A stretch of 64,000 nucleotides of DNA, from NCBI GenBank assembly GCA_036172245.1, contig JAYWIR010000038.1, forward strand, positions 248,001-312,000. Direction: 5' to 3'. The DNA comes from Raillietiella orientalis. Its lineage: Eukaryota. The translations under genes were made by a program, and so were the position numbers. A model generated the notes under the pieces. That model did not search any database. It was not told where the DNA came from and worked only from the letters and a program-made list of their open reading frames with translations. This document shows positions 39,000 through 51,700 of the stretch, piece by piece (within the stretch, counting starts at the first letter, position 1; every line of letters starts with the position of its first letter).

Positions 39000-40000
39000 G
39001 GCGGCAGACAGGATTGTCACCCCGCAAGTGCGCCCGGGAACACCCAGTCGCCTTCGAATTCTCCTCCCTCACCCGCTCGGAGACGTCCTGCAGGAGCCGA
39101 CGAAGTGGTTCCGGATAGTCATCATGCCCCCTGCCGCAGCGCCGTCTGCCCCAGGACGAGGAACGACAGACGCCAACCAGTGGCGTTGCACTTCTGCACT
39201 GTTGCAGGGGTCACGAAACTCCCGACTGACGAGCGAGCGGGTGGCCACCGCCTCTCCGCGTTCCCGGGCTAAAGGACTCCTCCGGTGGAGCGAGCTTTTC
39301 AGCATCGCCCCCTCCCGAAGAACTCTTGCCCCTCCTTTGTGTCCGAACACATCGGTGTTACCCTCGCACTGCAAACACCAAGTTCTGCTTGGTGTTTGCG
39401 GGCAACCATGGTCGGCACCTGATCGCCTGGGGATTTGCGTCCCCGAACTGCTCCAGACGCAGGCCGAACACGAAAACCTACTATTGGACTGCGGTGACCT
39501 CCACCAAATGTGGCATAGGCTCTCTTCGGCACTCTCTGAACAGGGGGACACCGTCCCTGACCTCGGCAGTTCTTCTCGCGTGGCGGACTGTCGATAGGCT
39601 CTTTGACGGCAGTAAGATGTTGCATCCGATCTTCCGTCACAGCCCGTCCCGCGCTGGAGTCTCGGTCGCAGCGAGGGGAGTCGCCCACATAGCAACCGCT
39701 TACGTGAGGGCACCTGCGAGGTGGCCTCGCCTGCCGGAAGAAGTCAAGGAGGAGATCGCAAGCGTTGAGCGCCGGTACTGGGCAGAAAGAATAGGATACT
39801 GCTGAAGACCCTTGTCCTCGCCCTTCCCTTATTTATTTGTTTATTTACCGTCCCCCTATTCCTCCCCCTCCGGACCGTTTTTCTGAGGAGTGTGAGCTAA
39901 GAAAGGGAATTCCTACTCGTGGTCACGCAGCGTGACACAAGACTGGTAGACCGAAACGTGAAATTCACGAACCACCTTTGTGGAGGCATCAAAAAAAAAG
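39000..40000 (+). mobile_element. Non-LTR retrotransposon 3' fragment with short poly(A); partial second copy at ~41190-41480
   Basis: Degenerate zf-RVT (PNC...EHENLLLDC...W), ORF end RRYWAERIGYC*, T-rich UTR, and an A-run at 39991-39999. Confidence 0.55.
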
Positions 40001-41499
40001 AGTGCTTTTCCTCTTCCCGAAAGCCCTAGGATTTGAAGAGAAGAAAAGCTCCAAGAAAGCCGTTTCGTTGAACAGCGTGCTGTTTATGGTATAAATTAAG
40101 ACTTCCATTAATGTAAGAGATCATTTTAGGAGGAAAGACAGGAAAAGCCTCCCCTTCGAGACGGTTGCCAGTGGATGTTTTTTTAATGTTCACTCCATCT
40201 TTCGGGATGCTGACTGAGCCAAGGCGTGTCTTTAATGATGTGCTCAAGCGAGCGCTCCAAAGCTCCTGATAAATGGAACTTAGTGGTCTGAGTTAAGGAA
40301 CGCGATCGTTGCCTCGCTTCTATGCCTCTTGAAACCATTTCGGATGAGTCCTCCGGAGCAGGGAGACGCAAGATCTTGATTTTGCCTAGGAACGCTCCCC
40401 TCGCAAAATGGTGCAGCCCCTGGAAAATGCCCGAGACACGAAAACGTTCAGACAACAGACGTAAGCACGAAAAAGTAACAGATCTTCTCCCGAACAGCGA
40501 GAACATCCAAGGTAATCATCCAGGAGACGAAATGCAACGATTTGTTTCTTTCGCATGCACGTGGTAACACGCATGCGTCGCCATTCGAGAATTCACCTGA
40601 CCTCCATGGGCTCAGCGCGATGAGCAGCAAATCGAATAAACACAAAAAAAAATAGACGAATGCATTCAACCTTTTTAATAATGTACGGATAAAAACAATA
40701 ACAACAAAAAAGAAAAAAATAAGTGATGTTTACGTCTTCTGGTGGAAAGAAAGACAGGAGACACATCTGCCCTGTTCTGATGTCATTTCCGGTACGAGTC
40801 TTCGCCCTTTAACGCTCCCAGGCTGCTGTTGCATTTTCCATCCGCCGCACGGCCATGCCGGACGCTCTTTACCGTGGCTACGCACACACGAACAGATGAC
40901 CTTCGAGGTCATGTAAGGTTGTTAACAAGCCGACGCGCTTCCGGTTTGTTCGGAGGGAACAGCTCCAACAGAGTCCGCTGGAGTTCTTGGGGCCTCGGTT
41001 CGTCTGCCTGTTTAAAAGACACGGAATCAAAGAAAACATAAAATGCTCACGAATGCAAAGCCGTTGTCCAGAGGAATGGTCCAGCGATGAGTGCGACGGT
41101 GCTTTCGGACATTCCTTCCCCTTCCCTTCCTTCCCTTTCCTTTTCTTTCTTTGTTCTCTTGGTGGTAGTCGACCAACACCGAACTTCCTCAACTCTTTCT
41201 TCGTTGCAGAGAGTGACCGACTTCCGTATGGCTCTGAACGGAACTGAGCACCTCCGCCACGTGCTCGGACGAGAGATTCGCGTCCCTGAACTGCTCCAGG
41301 CTCAGGTCGAACACGAAAACCCGCTATTGGACCGAGGTGACCTTCACGAACTGTGGCGGAGGCTGGCTTCGGCGCTCCATGAACAGGCGGAGACCTCCCG
41401 TGACCTACAGCAACCCGACTGGGGAGTTGGTGCCACACAGGCAGCACGTGGGAGGAGACCATGTCCTGGGTTCCGTCCGGTTAAGGGAAGGCTCTCCCT

Positions 41500-42950
41500 C
41501 GTGCGGAAGACGATGGGGAAGAGGCCTTTTCGCCCCCAAGCTTCCGAGCTCTTCGTTTCGGGAGGCAGTGGTGGATGCCGCGCTCCTCTTCTCAGCGGAC
41601 ACCTGGGAAGTGCGACTGGTCCTCTGGAGCGCCCTGCAGCCGGTTCGGGAGCACCCCGCCTGCTCGCACAGCTCCTGATGCGCAGGATGCTGGCGGGCGT
41701 CCTTCGCGCCCTGCTTGCGGCCATCCTCGGAGGCGCAAACAGGGCGTCGCCTTGCGGGTGGAACTGCGAAGCGTCTGGAAGAAGGCCTAGGGGACGGGCG
41801 AGGACGGCCCCTCCGAGGGCACCTCGTTCCTGTGGCACAGGGCTGTCGGCAGCTCTGTGAGGAACCTCACCGAGGGCGCGTGGCTCCTCTTCTCCAGGAA
41901 GTGCAGAGGTCTCGTCCACCTCCTTCTCGGCAACAGGTGCCCCAGGTCTCCCGGCTGCTCCTCCTCCTCCCTCCCATGCCAAGCGCCGATGGGAGGCCAC
42001 GGCGTGGGCCGGCCGCCGCCGTCTCAGCAGCAGCGGACGGGTTCTCTCGAGAACGCCTCCGATCCGCAGGATGCAGAGCCGGTCATCCTGGTGGTGGTCC
42101 ACGACACTGTTACCTATCCGGCACGGTAGCAGCGCCGGTGGGAAGCCACGCACTCCCGGGGGGAACCACCCTCCCCGGCCGTAACAACAGTTGCTTCCGC
42201 TAGCAGAGGTCGCCGGACCATCCGGTGACGTCCACGTTCCTCCGCCGTGGGTGAAGCGGGGCAGCTCCGCGGCTGCACTGCCGATGAGCTGCCCCGTGGA
42301 GGAGGCTGCGTGCTCACGTTCCAGGACGTACGGGAATTCGTCCTGGACCTTTCATGAATCAAGGAAATGGGGAAGGGAATGAGCGAAACTTGTCGGCGGT
42401 CCCATCCAGCTGCCACGCCAACCAACGAAGACCGGAAAGCAGCAGCGAAGAGCAGCCGAACGCGCTCCCGGAAGCGGAACAAACAGGGAGGGCGGAATTT
42501 TTCAAAGGCGAAAATCCGTGCAGCGGCAGGAGACCCGGCCCGCGTGCTGACGCGGGGGGGCGGCGCCTCGTATCGAACAAAGACAGAGGCCATTCCCCTG
42601 AACTCGTTGGACCCATTCAAAGGTTCGCATTCGGACTATATTGTTCACCGCTCCGGCACGCTTGAGGGGAGGGGAGGGGGAGATGGGTGGACCTCCTGGA
42701 AGGCATGACCCAGATCAGGAGGCTCCCGTCTGCGATCTCGAGGGGAACCGCGGTGACCATCCCGCATGTTCGGCTGGATCGAAGCGCCATTTGGATTCCG
42801 CAGGCAAAGAAGCGAAGGGACGTCTCTTGTCCCCACTTGGTGGACCAGGCCGTTCGGAGGAAGTCGCCCCGCCTCTCGCGGCGGATTCCTGGCCAAGGAC
42901 GAACTCGCTGGGACGCGACCTTGGAAGTGGTTTACAGCGCTGACATGGGG
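41500..42950. mobile_element. Mixed-orientation RT fragments of non-LTR elements
   Basis: Plus strand has RMLAGVLRALLAAILGG. Minus strand has ESKWRFDPAEH (KAFD-like) and VVDHHQDD (YADD-like). Confidence 0.4.
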
Positions 42951-43179
42951 TTTTCCTCCCGACGAAGAAAAGAAGCCTCCAGTTCCTTCCCTTCCTTTTT
43001 TTAAAGGCCAGCAGCGACGTCAAGGGAAAATGGCTGCTGTTGACCCAGGGTGATGGGAATCCTTCGGGGTTCTCCCGTTTTCGCTGCTTCCCTTCCGGCC
43101 TTTTTTTTTTTTTCGGGTTTTCTTTTTTCTTTCAGGTTCTCAAGGGGTGCTGCAGAACAGCTCTCCCCTTCCCCAGGGA

Positions 43180-43790
43180 GGCTCATGAGACTCTTCAACA
43201 CCAGACGAGAGTGCATGTGACTCTTCAATTTATAGGGGATGACTCCAGAGGGACCACCCTACGAATCCAGGAAGCCTTCCGATAAAGGAGTTCGTTCCTC
43301 TCTTACGCTCTGGCAAAGGAACTCCGAGGCGAATCCTCGCCCTGGTTGCCTCCCAAGGGAACCCCCGAAAGAAAATCTCCTCTTCCTTATTTTCTCTGGA
43401 AGGAATTCTTTGAAGGGGACGTATCCCTCGTTTCTTCTCCGGGGGGATCCCTGGAAAGGATCCGCTCCTCGTTTCCTCCTCTGAAGGGAACCCCTAAAGG
43501 ATTTCTCGGAAGGACGCTTCCCGAAGGGAGCGGCGCTCAGCTTGCAATCTGGAGAGGTGTCCACCACCAAGTCCATTGTACGGGATGTAGGAAATCCCCT
43601 TGAGGGGGGGAGGACGGCTCTCTTTTTACATCCGGAATGGAATTTCGAAGGGTTCCCAGATGTCCTGGAACGACTCCGGAGGGTCAGCTTCCAATCCCGG
43701 TCAGCCAACGGGGGCATCCAGGGGTTTCCGGCTTCTACCCATGCCGCACCCGGATAGGCCAACTAGCGTCATCGTGCGGGGAGGGACCCG
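43180..43790. repeat. Repeat family X, copy 4
   Basis: Colinear with 555-1130 (gtgactcttcaa, ttcctctcttacgc, gaaggacgc, aagggagc). Confidence 0.7.
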
Positions 43791-43831
43791 AAACCTATGA
43801 CGCACCCACCCATTTTTCGACGTCGACCCTT

Positions 43832-43895
43832 CACCGAGCGGGATTCGAACCCGCGACGCCTGGAGCGACCCGCGAAGATCGCAGCAGCCACGCGG
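43832..43895 (-). other. tRNA-derived fragment (tRNA pseudogene or SINE head)
   Basis: Minus strand gcgggTTCGAATcccgc is a canonical T-arm/B-box hairpin. The 5' half is degenerate, with no complete cloverleaf. Confidence 0.45.
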
Positions 43896-45479
43896 GAAAA
43901 TCTGCCTCTTCTTGGGGAGAAAAGCAAGGGGGGAACAATCAAATCAAATCATTGACGGCAATGATTCCGACCCACCGATGTCATTGTTTTCGAGTGGAAG
44001 GGGAGAAATTGGCTGCCGCTCTGTTCAGACCTTCAAGGCGTCTTTCGCGCTTCACTCCGCTAGAAGACGGGACACTTGAGCGCCGATACCACCTGTAAGA
44101 AAGGCGCGCCCTGAACGGAGGGTGCAGAAGACTTCCGCAATCCGCCGGAGGCACGCCCCTTCCGCTCCCGCCGCCCGTGTCTTCCGGCTCCGCTCACTCC
44201 CTACGACGGTACCACCCTGTGGCCCGGCTGAGCGTGACCGACGCCCAACGTGGGTCGAGCACGTCACGGTCGCATTCGGTCGGATTAAGTCCCTCTGGGC
44301 CCTCTCCCCTCGTTTAAAAGCAGGGAGTTGCCTCAGCCGACCTCGCATGCTCAGGAAGGGAGCTGCGGCAGAGCACGGCAAGGAACGAGCACGGCGGCTT
44401 AACCTCCAGGCAGACCGATCTCCTCCTGGAGGTTCAGCCACCCCTGTTAGGTCCCTGCGAACAGGGAAGTCGCAGGAAGCACTTCTTTTTCCTCTTCTTC
44501 CTTTTTTTTTTTCTCTTTTCGTGCTCTTCGCTCCCGGTGCCTCCTCAATAAGGGTGGTGGCCGACTGGCTGAGAATCGTGAAACTCTAGGAGGTCCGCGG
44601 GCCCAGAAGCACGAAAGAGCACGTTGGATACAGGGAAGATAAACCGAGAGGGAGGACGCCGAGCCATGGAAACCCCCTGTCAGGATGCCCTGCCGAAGAG
44701 TGTGGCAGAAAGTGGCTGGGATTTGGGCGCGTCGCGCAGGGGGTCTGGGGCTACCACCACCCCTCCCAGTTCCGGCGGGCAGAAAGCTGAAGGAGGAAGG
44801 AGATACACTGGCAGCCCCCAGGCATTCCAAGAGCGTGTGAACTGGAGCTTTTTCTGTAACCTAAGAAACGAAAGGGGACGCCTCCGCCGGCGTTGATTCC
44901 AGGAGCACGAGTGGCAGAGATTCAGTCTCCGGCCGAGTCCAGCAGAAGCCGCTGGAACTGACCCGAGTGGCGCTGCAGGAGCAGAAGGAGATGAGAATTA
45001 CGGGAGGGAGGGGAAAGGGGGAGGGGGAAAACGCCCTTCTTGAAACCTGGCGGAAGGGTAGGAGCAGACGAGGGCGTGGTCGGAGGTCTCTGGGCGTCAG
45101 AAAACCGAGTAGCGGCGTCGTGCCAGGATTCCCGGAGGTGCGTCTGGAGGGAGCCACCGGTGGAACGTGTCGCGCCGCTTGCTGAAGGTCGAGCCCAGGC
45201 TGCTGCTGAGGTTTCCACCGGGCCGAAGAGAAAGTTCTTCCGATTGCCGATTGCGGTTTCTTCACTTACGTGCGGGCGCTCGGAAGCCTACGTGGCGCAG
45301 CGCCGGACAGGAGAAGCGGGAGCGGCAGTGTGGCGGCTCAAAAATCACACGGCGGAGCGCGTCGGGCGGCCTGGAAACTGAAGCCAGGTGGCGTGCACGG
45401 GGGTTCGTGCGTCTGCTGGCGCCCTCGCGGTAGACTGGAGAGCTAAGAGCCCCACTTGAGAAAGAGCCTCGCGTCTTAT

Positions 45480-47100
45480 CGATTGCCTGGCTCGGGAGAG
45501 CCGTCTCGTCGGATGCTGCATCTTCGGGGACGCTTGTTGCGCCCTCCGCTCGAGCTCGCGAAACGCCGAGCGCTTCCCCGCGCGAAGGAGGAGGAACGCG
45601 CCTCGCGAGCCCGAGTGGGTTCGCCTCCTCCAGAGCGAGCGCGGCATCCCGACCGGGGACGTCCCGGCCTGAAACGCCGCGGGGAGTGGAGACGCTGCAG
45701 AGCGCAGACGCGAGAAATAAAGGCGGGAGGTCCGGACGCGGCAGAAAGGCGGCCGGGACCTAGGAAGGAGCGCCAAAAGGGCGGCTTCACCTATAGCGCG
45801 CGCACACGAGGACGAAAGTCGACTCTTGGAGGAAGGGGAGGAGGGGGGTTTCCTGGGATCTCTCTCGCAAGCGAGGGACCGAAAGCAAAGACGTGCATCC
45901 GACGTCAAGGACGAATCTTCCGCGAAGCAGGTGGGGGAGGGGGGGCGAAAGCCGCGTTCCTTCCCGCAGGCGCAGAGTCCCGACGGAACTCTACCCTCGG
46001 AGAGCGGGCGCGGTTTCCCCACGACCTGCCCCTCGCGGGCGAGGAGGGACCGACAGTCCAGGAAGCGCTGCTGTCCACCAAAGTCTCTCGGCCGCATGGC
46101 GCACACGCGGAGACCTACTCCCCGCTCGCCCTACGATTTCTGCCCCAGGAGCGGGGGCACAGAAGCGAAGGAGATCCTCGAGAGGAAGCGCCCGCCGATC
46201 GCGGGACGCGGCGGGCCCCACCGCCTCCTCCTGACACAAAAGAGGGTGGTCGGGGCGAAGGCGGTTGCCACGGGATACGTCGTTTCTCCGAGACGGCTCC
46301 ACTCCCGACGCGCGCCCAAGGGAGGAGGGAAAAAAAATCTCCGAGGCGGACAGCGCCCGCTCCTCCCTTGCTCGCGCGCGCGCGGTCGGGCTGCCCGGAG
46401 GTCGGGCAGCCCGACCTCCGGGCAGCAAGGCTGCTCACAGGCGGACGCCTTCCGCTTGCCTGCACTCAGCGCCCCGCCCACTCTTCTCCCCGTCCGCCTG
46501 TGAGGCCAACCATCGTCGCAGCGGCCGCAGACGAGCGTCGGCGGCAGCTGGACGTCGGGCGCCGCGGCCACCCCAGCTCGCGCTCGGCCGTGGCACCAGG
46601 AGAGCCGCGGCGGAAGAGGCCAAGAGGGGGAGGAGGGCACCAAGTGTTCGACGCCGCCGGGACGCATGTCGAACGCTCTCGAAGGCGAGCGCCGCGGAGG
46701 GCGCGAAACGGGAGTGCGGGAGTTCACGGCCTGGAAGGACGGCGGTCCGCCTTCCGCGGACAGTTCCTCCCCGTCGCCGTTGGCTTCCGGGGAGCGGACA
46801 CGCTCGGGACACAAGGAGGTCGCCTCCAGGAGGAACCGCGTCATCTGGTCGCAACTCGCGGGATTTCCGTGACCTCCGGTCGGGTGGGGGAGGGGAGAGC
46901 ACGAGCTCGGGCGGAAGCACCGCTCCGGGAGATCCTCAGAGCATCCCAGGGTCGCCCTGTCTGCCGAAGACGCGGCTGCAAGCAGCACGACGATAGCCCG
47001 GAACTCCGCCGTGCGTCAGACAAAGAGCGCTGCCGACCCCGGTCCGCAGTTCCGCTCGCTCTTCCGGGATCAGCATGCAAGAGCAAACAGTTGCTAAACA
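45480..47100 (+). mobile_element. L1/Tx1-like ORF2 relic (APE endonuclease onward)
   Basis: CIFGDACCAL resembles GGDFN, and GFTYSARTRGRKSTL resembles YT...SRID. Confidence 0.42.
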
Positions 47101-48587
47101 AACTCACTGATTAGAGGCGAACCTGCGGTCCGGCCTGATTGAGAGTTTCCGGGCACGGGATTCCTCTCCCCTCCCCCCCCCCCAGTTCCGCGGACGAGAG
47201 GGGCGCCTCGGCAGCTCCCACATTGATCCCCAAGGTGCCTGTCGGCGTTTTTTGTGCCTCCGGCCGGGACAGACGGAAATGCGGGGCGCTCCTCCGGTGC
47301 TGCTTCCGTTGACAGTAAAAGAAGGAAGGAAGGAGAAAGGCGAGCAACGCGTTTCCCTGGATACCCGTGCACCGAAACAAACGCCTGGATTCCCTTTCTT
47401 CTTCTCCCTCCCCCTCCTCCCCTCCCCCCACATGCACACCTCCAGGGAAATTGATAAGCCGCTTTGAGAAGTGCACTGTGCACGCTAATTAAAAATCAAT
47501 CGGCAGCGCCCTCTCCCGCCGAAGAGCTGCGCGCCGTGGACTGCGGCAGCCAGAGTCCCTGCGTTCCCAGAGCCCTCCCTCTTCCTTCCTCGGAGTCACG
47601 GAAGGAGGACGCAAACCTCTTTGAGAGGGGCGGTTTTGCGAAGGGCTCGGCTCGGCTGGAGCGAGATGCCTGCGTCCCGGGTCCCTTCTCCTGCGGGAGG
47701 AGCGGGGTGAGGGCCCATCCGTTCCGTGGGTTTCACCACTCTTGAGGGTCGGCATGCCTTCAGCGGACTCGCCGCGGCGACGCTCCTCCTGGAGAGACCC
47801 AGGATGGCTCCGCAGCGGAAAGACGGGGGAGGGTTGTAACGCCCGTGGTTCCAGCCCTATAATCAACCTGCAGGAGTCTCTTCTTCCCCGTCCAGATCGG
47901 ATGCTACGAGGATGGGGCGGTCACCATGAACGCGGGTTGCTGCGCCAAGAGCGCCCCCGGACCGTTCGGAAGTTCTCGGGAAACGGCGCTGAGTGCTGGC
48001 GTTCGGAAGTCCTCGTCCGCGTTGTCTGCTCGTCGCTGAGGCGAAGACCGCTCGAGACTTCCGAAGTGCTGTCCGCAAGAATCGGCCCGCGGCTGATACA
48101 GATCGTGGACATTGTCTGCTGACTTGACCGTGGGGTGCGAAAGGAGCGGGCAGAGCGACGGGCCGGCCGCTTTGGCTCATTTTCGGCGAGTGGGTCAAAT
48201 CCCCGAGGCCGGGATGCAGCGCGACAGCGGTCTGCAGTGCGAGCAGGGCAGTCGTGGCGGGGGCGACCGGCCCGAGGATGTGGTCGAGAGTTGCCTGGAG
48301 TACCCCGACCACACGTGACACGAGAAAGATGAAACCTGAGAGGAGAGCACGGTGCCCTTCAAGGTCAGCACAGAAGCGAGGAAGGTCGCTGACCAAGTGG
48401 GAGGATGGTAGGCGAGAAACGCGGATTGGGGAACGGTGGACACGCTGAGATGGTCGGGGATAGGTCGCAGCGTCCATAATGCAGAGTTGCGTGCCGCTAC
48501 CTCTGGAGCAGACCCTGGCGACCAACTCAGATGTCCGCGCCGATCCCCGCCTTCCAAGGTCCGTCACTGTCTCTATAGGTGTAGTAC

Positions 48588-48730
48588 ATAAGGTAGGTCG
48601 AGTTAGGTAGGTTAGGTTAGGTTAGGGAGAAGATATAGGTGTGGTTAATGAGTGGGTTGAGTTAAGTAGGTCACGTGTGATTAGGTAGGTGAGGTAGGTT
48701 AAGTTAGGTAAGTCAATTGCGGTTAGGTGT
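48588..48730 (+). repeat. Degenerate interstitial (TTAGG)n/TAGG-like repeats
   Basis: gttaggtaggttaggttaggttaggg...ttaggtaggtgaggtaggttaagttagg. TTAGG is the common arthropod telomere unit. Confidence 0.75.
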
Positions 48731-51700
48731 GTGTTGTGCCTCTGCCTTCCGGAGGAGGTCGCTGACGTGTGTAGCCGAAAGCCTGGCGAATGGGAGACCG
48801 CAAAGACTTCCCTCAATGGTAAATTCAGCCACCAAAACGATGTCTTCCCGTTTGGCTTTGCCCACAGGCAGAAGCGCCGTGCACCCGCGATGAGTTTCCT
48901 CCTGCCTTGCGGATTTCTTCGTCTTAACCGCTGATCAGCATGCAAATCATCTTGAAATCATGAAAGAAAGAAGTGAACTCCTCCCATCCGAAGCTTCTGG
49001 AAAAGGGATGATTCGCCACGTCACTCTAAGCGCAATAGCAGCGTCGCCGACAACGTCCGTCACTTCACGCAGAGTCCATCCAGCACAGTGGTGCGTCAGA
49101 AGCAGAAGGTAATCTCCGACTGGATACCAGATGACCGGGGGGCACTAGGGGCGACCCTGCTGGCGGCCAGTCTTCTGAGGAAGGCTGAGAGTTGCAGGAC
49201 CGCAGTCTGCTCGACGGAGGAAGGTGGCGAGGTCGGAGGGAGCTACCGCTTGCGCTTCGCTACAAGGCAGGCGGTCAGCTGGTCAGCAGTGCTGCGGCTA
49301 CTTCTCCAGCGAGGATGACGCGCCAAGCTACCCGGACGGGAAACGTTCAAGAGGACGGGCGATCCTCCAGCTTCCCCCGGGACTGAGGTAAAACGTACTG
49401 CAAGCTGTCACCATGAAGAGCTCCCTCTTCGAGTGGAGAGGAAGCAGCGAGTCCCACGATCAAATAGGGAGCTAGGACGGCCGTCCCCGAGACGACAAAC
49501 TTGAGGAAGGGCAGGCGAGGAGGAGGAGGAAGAGAAGACCAGAAGAAGGAGGAAGGAAGGGAGGAGATGCTCCCAAGACCTCTCTGCTCCGGGAGGGCGG
49601 GAAGACCCAGAGGTCAACAGCGCAGAAAAGAAAGCAGAGCACGAAACGGGAAGGGCGCGCACTGTAGGGATCGCGGTGGGAAGCACGAGGTTTCGCTTTT
49701 CTCTGGAGACCGGAATCACGGAGCTCCCAAGTGCTTTTTGAGCCGGAAAATTTGGAGCGCGTTAGCAGGGATCTACCCGCCGGCCCTGCCGCTTCCCCGG
49801 AGCCTTCTTCGTGGGGAAGGGAGAAGAAGGGGAGTGTACGCGCCCCTTTTCTTGGATGGCGCATCGGCGAAGGACCATCACCAAGGGGCGCCTGTCATTT
49901 GCGACACCGCGCCACGCGACCCCACGCCGGAAGGCGGCGAGAAGCCAGCTTCACCTTCCGACGCGCAGTGACCCATTCTGAAGGAAACCCCTCCCACACT
50001 AGTGGGGCTGTAGAAGATTCTCGTACCCGGAGGCGGGTCCGAGGTCGCCAGCAGCATGTGCTTCCGGGTTCCTCCAAGGGAACGCCGGTCCCCAGAGCAC
50101 CACCCGTTCCCCCTGTGCCTCCTGCGGACGCGCGCCGCGGCGGGAAGCTCCCGCACTCTGCGAGCCCTGAGGCGGCTGGACGGAAGACGTCCCTCTTCTC
50201 CAGCCACCCACTGCTGCCATCCCCCGTCCTGCCCTTCTTCTTGGACTACGAAGACGGGGATCCTCAGAGGTTTTTTCCAGGACGGCGCTGCGAGACCAGG
50301 AGCCATGCGGCGGCGGGCGATGAGCGCACATCGCCAGGCCGGCTCTCCGTCACGTGACGTTGCGTCACGGGGTGAGTGCCGTATTGTTGCGTCACGAGAC
50401 CAGAGCGCTTCTCCGCGGCGGCCACCAGAAGCGGCGTGCTTGACCCTTGTCTTGACTCGTGCTGCAGCAAAGCAGGTATGGACTTCCATGTACATTACTA
50501 AACGTCTGTAGAACGGACATTTTATGTTAACCAATACAAAATACCTTAAGAGGATGTAAATGTAACAGAAATCTGTCTAGCTTATAAGAATCATTAGGGA
50601 TTAAATAAGGGGCAATTTTGTACTCATCCAAGCTTCATGATTCTCGTAACTTTATGATTTGTATGACCTATAATTATTAAGTTACTTATAATTAATGTAA
50701 TTTCATATTGGAATGGGCAGAAAAGTGAGTTGTGCTGCTGATTCGAAAACATTGCAGAGTGGGTTCTTGCAAGGAGTCAGCACGGGGGCAGGGATGAATT
50801 GAAAACCGGTGAATTTTAAAATGATTCCTGTGATAACTCAAACTGCAACGCCTCTCCCTTCAAAGGAGCTGTCGCCTCCTTCGATGGCGCCAGGGTGCCT
50901 CGCACCGCCGCTGTCCGGAGACCGCAGATGGCGGCCATGCATGGCGCCGAAACTTGTGAGCCGCTCCGAGGCTGCTGAAGTCGGGGGCGGGGATGGGAAG
51001 AATCCAGGCCTCGGGGAGAGAGCAGCTAAGGACAAAGAGCCCTCAGAGGGACAGCGGCTTCCTTGCTTCCACTCTGTCCCCGCGAAGAAACCACCCAGGG
51101 CCCGGCGCGGCTACCGGGCTCCCCACTCTCATGGCGGGCAGAGTGCCCACTGCCGGAACAGCTGCAGTGGCAGTGGCAGAAAGAGAAGACAATGCCAGAG
51201 AGCGTGGCGCTTTCCCGACAGGGGGAATGGAGGAAATGAGGCTCCTCCAGACGGGCACCTCTGCCTTTGTTCAAGGCAGGACCTCTGGAAGGAAGCATCG
51301 GGCGCGGATCTCTCGGCAGCATACCGAGAGATCCAGACCCGAGGCGGGTACTTCCAGAGAGAATAAGGGCCTCCATGTTGCCCTCGAAGTCGGAAAGAGG
51401 CTGGTTGTCTTCAGAGGATTCGTCCGAGAAACCTCGAGCCCTCGTCGTGGACGCGCACACCTTTCGAGCTGGCTTCCGGCCACGTGCATCGACCCCAGAC
51501 CTTCGCAAGCTGGGAACCCCCCGAGCGAGTGTTCCCCGGGCGGCCACGGCTTTAGAACACGTGCTTCCCGCCTCGGATGAGCCGAGAACCTGCTGCCTCG
51601 TAGCGGCAGCCTGCCGGACCCGAGTCTGAGGGGCGGCTCATGCGTCCAGAGCATCCCACGAGCGTGGACGCTGCCCCCTCCCACCCTTGTAGCGGGCGGA

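Noticed and set aside
45456..47114. 552-aa plus-strand ORF
   Set aside because: Arg/Gly-rich chance frame over a frameshifted retroelement; the recognisable motifs switch frames.
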